This document shows, piece by piece, positions 15,233 through 22,350 of a DNA stretch of 64,000 nt; the first letter of the stretch is position 1, and each line of letters starts with the position of its first letter. The stretch spans positions 38,502,001 through 38,566,000 of the forward strand of contig OZ024740.1 in assembly GCA_964016885.1 (NCBI GenBank). Direction: 5' to 3'. A program made the position numbers and the translations under genes. A model generated the notes under the pieces. It had not been told where the DNA came from, ran no database searches, and worked only from the letters and a program-made list of their open reading frames with translations. Origin of the DNA: Eledone cirrhosa (Eukaryota).

Positions 15233-15305
15233 TCAGAGCACAGACAGTCAGAATGAATTCAGTGGAGTCTCTTATCTGATATTCTAACTAGGCTGTCAGT
15301 CCACC

Positions 15306-15381
15306 TTACCCTGGAGGATGATGAGGGAGACATTTGTATAGAAAGCTATACAAATGTCTCCCTCATCATCCTCCAGGGTAA
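15306..15381. repeat. Perfect inverted repeat/hairpin: 36-bp stem, 4-nt loop
   Basis: 15306-15341 TTACCCTGGAGGATGATGAGGGAGACATTTGTATAG, loop AAAG, then 15346-15381 CTATACAAATGTCTCCCTCATCATCCTCCAGGGTAA, its exact reverse complement. Confidence 0.97.
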
Positions 15382-15598
15382 TGTCTTCCCCATACTGTCT
15401 ATTGGGATCACAAGTTGGATTGACCCATAACCTGCATTGATAGTCTTGAAGGCAGTAACACCAATGTAGTTTACCCAGAACTCTGGTTAATATTACTGTT
15501 GTAACAAATATGAATTCAGCAAAGTTTTCTATCCAATATTCTAACCGGTTTATCAGTCCACCATCTTCTATATAAAGCTCACTGATGTAACAAATATA

Positions 15599-16002
15599 CA
15601 GGGTGCGGCAACATGATCTGACTTTCGCGAACGCCTTCGACAGTGTGTAGACAATAATTGTTTCTACATTTGGCACAAGGCCAGCAATTACCCAGTGTAT
15701 TACTGGTACTTTATTTTATTGACCCAATAAGGATGAAAGGCAAAGTTAACCTCGGCGGGATTTGAACTCAGAATGGCAAGGGCTGTAACTCTATGCTAGA
15801 AAGTATGGCATCCGATCCTCTACCGATACTGCCAATCCACTAGACAATAATGGCAGCGATTTGGTTGATGTAATATTTAAAAAAAAATAAAACAAAATGG
15901 CATTATATGTATATTTAGAAAATAAAAATACTTTGTTCATTGTTTATTCTATTTCGCTTTTATTAAACATATAAATGTGCCAGATCATTTTGCCGCACCC
16001 TG
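15599..16002. mobile_element. Tc1/mariner-type MITE carrying a nested SINE
   Basis: 22-bp TIRs CAGGGTGCGGCAACATGATCTG / CAGATCATTTTGCCGCACCCTG with one mismatch, and TA on both sides (15597-15598, 16003-16004). No transposase ORF. Confidence 0.88.
15659..15840 (-). mobile_element. tRNA-derived SINE, copy 1
   Basis: Reverse complement matches the copy at 19591-19780. Flanked by the 11-bp direct repeat TAGACAATAAT (15648-15658, 15841-15851), read as a TSD. Confidence 0.9.
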
Positions 16003-16083
16003 TATATTGATGATGTCTCACAGCACAGACAGTCATATGATATCTCACACAAAACAAACATTATTCCATGTGTATAAAACATA

Positions 16084-16252
16084 CCGTATTTCCCAGCGCC
16101 AAAGATGCTTCGTCCTCAAGGATGCACCCTAATTTTGACAGCCAAAAATTTGAAAAAAAAAAAATAAACAACCTTCGGCCTCCAGGACGCATGGTAGATT
16201 TTTGAGACATATTTTAGGAAAAAAGTAGCGTTTTCGATGCCGGGAAATACAG
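16084..16252. mobile_element. Degenerate TcMar/Tc2(pogo)-like MITE
   Basis: Imperfect 26-bp TIRs: CCGTATTTCCCAGCGCCAAAGATGCT versus the reverse complement of the right end, CTGTATTTCCCGGCATCGAAAACGCT (19/26). TA on the left, TG on the right. CCGTATTT termini are typical of the Tc2 group. Confidence 0.65.
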
Positions 16253-16513
16253 TGGTTTTCTAGCTACCGGCTGCAATCCTAAACTCATTAAATACTACAT
16301 ATATTGTCAGTCATTTAATAGAGGCTAGTTAAAGTTACAGGTGAATCTCTTTATTTCAAGCATAAAAACACATTCCTATATCTATAGTTCCAAGATTTTG
16401 TTAGACTGTACTGGTAATGGTTGCAGTTAATTTAGACAAATGTGTTTCTTTATTTAAACACAACCATAAGCGAAGCTACAGATTGTATTGACAAATAGAA
16501 AAATGTGATTTAA

Positions 16514-16734
16514 CCCTTTAGCATTTACATTATTCTATATATACTCTACTATTTTCACTGTAAAGGCTTTATCTCACATAATTATCTCACATAATATCGA
16601 ATCTATGAGATTTTGATGTTATTTATTTTGAGAACAATACCTGAACGTCAGTATGAGCAGCCAGTTACAGACAGTTTGAACAGAAAGAGGTGAGAGAATT
16701 GTGGCCGTATCCGGCTGGTTTAAATGCTAAAGGG
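16514..16734. mobile_element. piggyBac-type MITE, family 1, copy A
   Basis: Perfect 14-bp TIRs CCCTTTAGCATTTA / TAAATGCTAAAGGG with TTAA on both sides. A second copy lies at 17678-17897. Confidence 0.88.
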
Positions 16735-16849
16735 TTAAGTTTGGGTCAAAGGTTGATGCTAAAATATTATAAACACAAAAAGGGGGTGACTTATCTAAAC
16801 CTTTGACTTATAAGAATCTTGCTAGCATTAAGTGATGACGATAACATGG

Positions 16850-16993
16850 TATACACAAACTCACATAAAAGCACATACACACACATGTACTCACATACAC
16901 ATATACACACACAGACACATGTGCATTCACACACATATGCACATACATAAACACACAGACACATACAAATTCATACACACAGACACACACATA
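16850..16993. repeat. Degenerate (CA)n/(CATA)n microsatellite
   Basis: ACACACATGTACTCACATACACATATACACACAC... low-complexity tract. Confidence 0.85.
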
Positions 16994-17121
16994 TTATAAA
17001 AGAGATAAAAATCTTTGTTACCAAATATGCATTACAAATTTGTTGAAAAATTATTCTTTTTAAAGTAATTTTAGTAACTTGCATGAAGTGGACACATAAA
17101 AATAAATGCTACAAATATTGA

Positions 17122-17348
17122 CCCTTTCATTACCATATTTCTCATACATTGTATTTGATTTAATCCGTAGAGAATTTGGAGGGATTTCCTAAAATCTTTT
17201 TGAGTATTAAGATGGTGTTTTTAATATAACAAAAAGGTTTTTATATAAAATTATGTTGGAAGATTTTACTTTAAATAGGAACCTTCTAAATGGATGGTTT
17301 TGTTCCATAGAAGCAGTGGCAATTTGTGGCATGTTGGTATGAAAAGGG
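17122..17348. mobile_element. piggyBac-type MITE, family 2 (older, decayed)
   Basis: Starts TTGA-CCCTTTCATTACCA and ends TGGTATGAAAAGGG-TTAA. TIRs are imperfect and the left TTAA is mutated. The internal sequence is unlike family 1. Confidence 0.65.
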
Positions 17349-17677
17349 TTAAAGATATTTATTACTATATCTTAAGCAAGTGAGAAGTATAAATACTTCA
17401 GTTAGAAAACTTTCTTCAAATATAACTATCTAACAAATAAATAATAGATTAGAACTCAGCACTCAATACTTAACATAAAAAGACACTCCCACACATACAT
17501 GCAACCTAAACATCTCATAAAAAAAAAAAAAGAAAAAGAAAATTGATTCTATGAAAAACTACAGCAATTGACATCATTCTCATGAATAACAATGCTTGAA
17601 AGTGGTTTAAAAAATGTAAATCTAAATTTAATTCCAAAGAGAATAAACCGGAACATTTTTCTCTGAGAGTTCCTTAA

Positions 17678-17897
17678 CCCTTTAGCATTTAAACCAGTCA
17701 TAACCGGCCAGAATTCTCTTACCTCTTTTTGTTCAAACTGGCTGTAATTAGCCACTCATACTGATGTTAAGGTATTGTGCTCAAAATACACAATATCAAA
17801 ATCTCATAGATTCGATATTAAATAAAGTATTATGTGAGGTAAATACTTTACCGTGAAAATACAATAGTATATATAGAATAATGTAAATGTTAAAGGG
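17678..17897. mobile_element. piggyBac-type MITE, family 1, copy B (inverted relative to copy A)
   Basis: TTAA-CCCTTTAGCATTTAAACCAG...TAAATGTTAAAGGG-TTAA. The interior is the reverse complement of copy A, e.g. AAAATCTCATAGATTCGATATT versus AATATCGAATCTATGAGATTTT. Confidence 0.88.
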
Positions 17898-18097
17898 TTA
17901 AACTCTAAAGAAAGGAATGTAAAGACCCGAAATATTAAGACAAAAGAAACAGCAACAACAAAAACAAAACAAAACAAAGATTACCAGGTAACTTACTTTT
18001 TCATTACCTCCATCTTACAGTCCATTTTGCATTGTTTAGCCTTATATCACTTTCCACATAGTATAACTAACTTTAAATTCTGCATATTATAACTTAC

Positions 18098-18222
18098 CTG
18101 GAATCTCTAAGCGATTGAGAGGAAGTCGATAGATTTTTGTGAAAACTCCTTGGATGGCAAACATTAATAGTCCCAATATTTCAGTACTAATGAGATTAAC
18201 TGTACAACCTAGAAGGGAAAAC
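18098..18222 (-). CDS. Probable internal coding exon (125 nt) of an unidentified host gene
   Basis: Minus-strand acceptor TTTCCTTTTATCATTTTATTTTGTTTAG and consensus donor CAG|GTAAGT. Only one frame is open: FSLLGCTVNLISTEILGLLMFAIQGVFTKIYRLPLNRLEIP. An alternative acceptor (CCCTTCTAG, exon start 18208) gives 111 nt in the same frame. I do not recognise the protein. Confidence 0.65.
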
Positions 18223-18402
18223 CTAAACAAAATAAAATGATAAAAGGAAATTAGATAACAATTTACTTTTGTTAAAACGTTTAGAAGTTGAAACAACCAA
18301 CAAATTTTAATTGTTTTTAAAAAATAAGAAAACACAGAGAAAACAGAATTAAAAAAAAACTTTTACAAGTTTCATATATTCAATTCTATTTCATTGGTTT
18401 CA

Positions 18403-18686
18403 TTTAATGTGATACTATAGGATGTTAATCTCTGAAATTAACAAGGATGTGATGGATCAACCCATTATTTAATGTGACAGTCCACTGTAGGATGTTAATC
18501 TCTGATATTAACAAGGATGTGATGGATCAACCCATTATTTAATGTGACAGTCCACTGTAGGATGTTAATCTCTGATATTAACAAGGATGTGATGGATCAA
18601 CCCATTATTTAATGTGACAGTCCACTGTAGGATGTTAATCTCTGATATTAACAAGGATGTGATGGATAAACCCATTATTTAATGTT
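18403..18686. repeat. 70-bp minisatellite, ~4 near-identical copies
   Basis: GATGTTAATCTCTGATATTAACAAGGATGTGATGGATCAACCCATTATTTAATGTGACAGTCCACTGTAG begins at 18421, 18491, 18561 and 18631. Confidence 0.96.
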
Positions 18687-18859
18687 ACTGATGAATAATG
18701 ACTTACAGTGTGTGAAGTTATTTGGAATTTGAAGATTCTGATTGGGTCTAGAATTCTATGTAAAGGTCTGTTGATCATCTGCCCAATCCTTGCTAGCAGG
18801 GAAAGCAGGAGATACAGGCATTCAGATAGGCTGAGGAGTTATATATTGCTTACATATGA

Positions 18860-19010
18860 TCATGCATTCTACCCAATGCATTTTGTCATGGCACCAGCAC
18901 TAGGGAGTTTGTTATATCTTTGACACAGCTGAAGGAATCTCCTGACTCTTGGCTTGGTGGGTTTTCCACAACTAGATGCTCTTCTTATCACCAACCAAAT
19001 CACAGAGTTA
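18860..19010. mobile_element. Possible decayed interspersed-repeat relic (retroelement 3' region)
   Basis: GGTTTTCCACAACTAGATGCTCTTCTTATCACCAACCA resembles, from memory, an abundant octopus repeat motif (…CTACGGCTGGATGCCCTTCCTAA…CCAACCA). No second copy in this window. Confidence 0.3.
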
Positions 19011-19196
19011 TCATATAGATCTCCAAACACTGTATGTTAGTGATGTGTATATATATATATATTAGAAATTAGAAATTATAAGCTTTCACCGTATTTTAGA
19101 CTAAAGAAATTTCTAGCCTGTTAGTGGGGTTTATAACCCTCGGAGAAATGGAAAAAGATGAGTGTTGCCGTACATATATATATATATATATATATA

Positions 19197-19469
19197 AAGC
19201 TTAAGAGAATAGGCCTAATTAGGCAGTTGGGTGGATGTTGTAGGTATATCAATGATATATTTGTTCCTAATTATAGCCATTTTGAGGGTTTGCTACACAA
19301 GATCTACCTGAAAAGTTTAGACGTGAATAGAAGTGGATGTAGCATTAGCAAGGTTAATTATTTAGATGTTACTATTGAAATAGGTGATGAGACAATAGAT
19401 AGAAAGGTCTACAATAAGACTAAGGATTTTAGCTTTAAGGTGGTTTGGATGCTCTTTGCATCTAGTTGA
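19197..19469 (+). mobile_element. Penelope-like element reverse-transcriptase fragment (decayed)
   Basis: RYINDIFVPN..F...IYLKSL...NYLDVTIEI.....RKVYNKTKDFSFKVV matches the PLE RT C-terminal pattern RYIDD...IYP.EL...YLD..I.I...YDKRDDF.F.IV. The catalytic YIDD reads YIND. The fragment abuts a (TA)n tract at 19174-19196. Confidence 0.85.
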
Positions 19470-19590
19470 GTGCCAATATGCTTATGTTTTCTAACCACGT
19501 TATACACCATGGTTTGGTTTCTGACAGTCTTGTCCACTAGATACTTTGTTTATAGATGGCTTTGTTTTCCAAGTGCATTATTTGCATAAG

Positions 19591-19780
19591 GGCAGTGGAT
19601 TGGCAGTATCGGTAGAGGGTCGGACGCCATGCTTTCCAGCAGAGTTATGTCCCTTTACGATCTGAGTTCAAATCCCGCCGAGGTTGACTTTGCCTTTCAT
19701 CCTTACGGGGTCGATAAAATAAAGTACCAGTAATGCACTGGGTAATTGCTGGCCTTGTGCCTAATGTAGAAACAATTATT
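19591..19780 (+). mobile_element. tRNA-derived SINE, copy 2 (full length)
   Basis: A-box-like TGGCAGTATCGG (19601-19612), B-box GAGTTCAAATCC (19664-19675), central GAGGTTGACTTTGCCTTTCATCCTTACGGGGTCGATAAAATAAAGTACCAG, and tail GAAACAATTATT. Four copies in the window. Confidence 0.92.
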
Positions 19781-19915
19781 ACGGCCCTTGCCATTCTGAG
19801 TTCAAATCCCGCCGAGGTGAACTTTGCCTTTCATCCTTACGGGGTCGATAAAATAAAGTACCAGTAATGCACTGGGTAATTGCTGGCATTGTGCCAAAAG
19901 TAGAAACAATTATTA
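19781..19915 (+). mobile_element. tRNA-derived SINE, copy 3 (5'-truncated, head-to-tail with copy 2)
   Basis: Begins ACGGCCCTTGCCATTCTGAGTTCAAATCCC directly after the copy-2 tail and ends GAAACAATTATTA. Confidence 0.9.
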
Positions 19916-20416
19916 TCAGTGTATTATATATTGTGACTATGTAGAAGGATTTTAGAAATGAATAGCTCATGGGAATTTGCATATATAACATATCAACATT
20001 TTGATAATTTGTGTTTTTTATTCAACAAAAAATCTTTTGAAATGATAATCTGCAGGATTTCATGTGAGCACAGTAGATATTCCCTGTGCTCATATAGCAT
20101 TTGGCTCATTTCATGATACTCCAATTGAATCTATATTTGATATTTCTATATTTGCATTGGTTGACTGCCTCTGTTAGTGATGTTGTATGTGCCAATTCAC
20201 TGTTTCTAAAAGAGTTTAAGTGCAAGTAGAATCACCTTTTTAAAAGAGTTTTATTCCTAGTTATTAATATACACTTGTATACTACATTGTTAATAAGGCA
20301 GTTATCTTTAGTATGCAGTCACTTTCAGTTCTACAGTGTCTGTAGAGAGAACATATTAGGCCTAGGTTCCACACAATTAGCATTTGACCCATTTCTGACT
20401 CACATATCAGAATAAT

Positions 20417-20592
20417 TGTTTCTACTTTTGGCACAAAGCCAGCAATTACCAAGTACATTACTGGTACTTTATTTTATCGACCCCGTAAGGATGAAAGGCA
20501 AAGTTAACCTCAGCGGGATTTGAACTCAGACCATAAAGGGACGTAATTATGCTAGAAAGCATGGCGTCCAACCCTCTACTGATACTGCCAAT
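20417..20592 (-). mobile_element. tRNA-derived SINE, copy 4
   Basis: Reverse complement of copy 2, with the 17-bp TSD TCACATATCAGAATAAT at 20400-20416 and 20593-20609. Confidence 0.92.
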
Positions 20593-20999
20593 TCACATAT
20601 CAGAATAATATTCTGGGCCAATGCTCACCAGCACAGTTGTAGGATCTGAGCTGCTAACTACATATTTGGTATCATCCATATGACTAATTCCATTAGTGTT
20701 CACTATATGTACATATAATATATATATATGTTAAGGAATAAACATATATGTTATGTGTATATATGAGTAGGTATATGTGTGGCATTAGTGTTCTGTCATT
20801 GCTAGAGATTTGTTTGTTGAAGAGTTTAAATAAGCTCAGTGAGGATTCAGCATTATTTAGCTCAGTGTTGGTGTTCATACAGTCTGGTGTATGTGTGGAA
20901 TGAGAATTTATGGCTCCCTCCTGTAGATGTATAACACAATTTCTTTTATGGGACATAGATAGTTAGAGATGCAACAAGTTTATACATCATTTTAAGTAA

Positions 21000-21830
21000 A
21001 TGGGTGAAAGAGTCATATCATAATTAGTACAAGACAGAAATAACTGGATTAGAAGAAATTGAAGTTTGCGCCAGTGTGAAAGACCACAGTTGCTATATTT
21101 CTGGTGAAGAAACAGCAAGAGAAGAACAAGGTTTAGATGGGTACTGAGAAAGACAATAGTAGGTAAATGGTTAATGAAAGGAGTTCAGATGTGAGAACCT
21201 GGATGAAGATGCCATAAGTAATGTGAAAAAGAATAATGAATTCAGTGAAGAATTTAGTTTACATGTGGGAGTACCAGTAGACCTACTCTCTTCTCCATCT
21301 TCTCTTCATAATAGTCTTTGAGGGAATTATTCATTGATTCAAAACTGGATGTCCCTAGGGAGTTTTATATTTCAATGATCTGGTTCTCATTACAGAATCT
21401 GCTGAACTATATGAAAAGTGGTCTAGAAGAAAAGGTCTAAAGATAAATATCTGAAAGATTAAAGTAGTATGTAACAAATAAAACTGAACAACTCAGTAGC
21501 CTTGCTGAATATGTTGGAAGTAAACAGTGGGTAAACAGTGGGTAGACAGTGGGTAGACAGAATGTAAAGTGGAGGAGTGTCTGGCAGAGTAACAGGAACT
21601 AGAACTAGAACAGGAATAGCCTAAAACTAAAGACCAACTGTTCAGACAGAATACTAAATATTGTAAAAATGATCTACTTAGGCCAACACAAATAGTGTGA
21701 AGTGTGCTTTAGATGTAATGAAAGTATAGCATCTATGATAAGAAATAGAAGGAATAAACTGAGGAATTTGTGTTTGGCAATGGAAGTTTCTCCTCTCACC
21801 TCTGGAATAATGGCATGTGTTAGTATGAGT
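21000..21830 (+). mobile_element. Highly decayed RTE-clade LINE, reverse-transcriptase region
   Basis: Colinear RT motif remnants across frameshifts: ERVI (~21006), TTVAIFLVKKQQEK (~21083), KWLMKGVQ, NNEFSEEFSLHVGV (~21232), LLFIIVFEGI..FKTGCP.GVLYFNDLVLITES (equivalent to LLYADDLVL), KGLKINI.KIKV (~21432), YLG (~21675), CNESIASMIR...KLRNL (~21716), then ACV (~21813). Confidence 0.8.
21520..21560. repeat. 11-bp tandem repeat (~4 copies) inside the LINE relic
   Basis: GTAAACAGTGG x2 followed by GTAGACAGTGG x~2. Confidence 0.8.
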
Positions 21831-22350
21831 AGTACTATATCATGGCATGTGTTACTATGGGTAGTACTATATGATGGCAAGTGCTAGTATGGGTAGTACT
21901 ATATGATGGCATGTGTTAGTATGAGTAGTACTATATGATGGCATGTGTTAGTATGAGTAGTACTATATGATGGCATGTGTTAGTATGGGTAGTACTATAT
22001 CATGGCATGTGTTCGTATGGGTAGTACTATATGATGGCATGTGTTAGTATGGGTAGTACTATATCATGGCATGTGTTAGTATGAGTAGTACTATATGATG
22101 GCATGTGTTAGTATGATTAGTACTATATGATGGCATGTGTTAGTATGGGTAGTACTATATCATGGCATGTGTTCGTATGGGTAGTACTATATGATGGCAA
22201 GTGTTAGTATGAGTAGTACTATATGATGGCATGCGTTAGTATGGGTAGTACTATATGATGGCATCTGTTAGTATGGGTAGTACTATATGATGGCATGTGT
22301 TAATATGTGTAGTACTATATGATGGTATGTGTTAGTATGTGTAGTACTAT
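21811..22350. repeat. 32-bp tandem array (~16 copies), precursor-like edge of satellite B
   Basis: Unit TGGCATGTGTTAGTATGGGTAGTACTATATGA; the 32-bp period was checked (ATATGATGG at 21901 and 21933). Confidence 0.95.

Noticed and set aside
15296-15676. 126-aa minus-strand ORF with an apparent donor CAGG|GTAAGG near 15310
   Set aside because: It starts inside a SINE tail and crosses a MITE end and the palindrome. The donor-like motif is part of the hairpin arm, and I found no convincing acceptor.
17981-18000. Additional splice donors (+ CAG|GTAACT, - GTAAGT)
   Set aside because: No matching acceptor or plausible open exon was found next to either.
19591-19680. tRNA gene
   Set aside because: A and B boxes are present, but there is no clean cloverleaf. 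The sequence continues into a SINE body that occurs four times, twice with clear TSDs.
16808-20956. Short ORFs 16808-16990, 17549-17755, 18708-18923, 19779-19991 and 20693-20956
   Set aside because: They overlap a microsatellite, MITE, SINE or low-complexity sequence, or lack splice signals and recognisable protein features.
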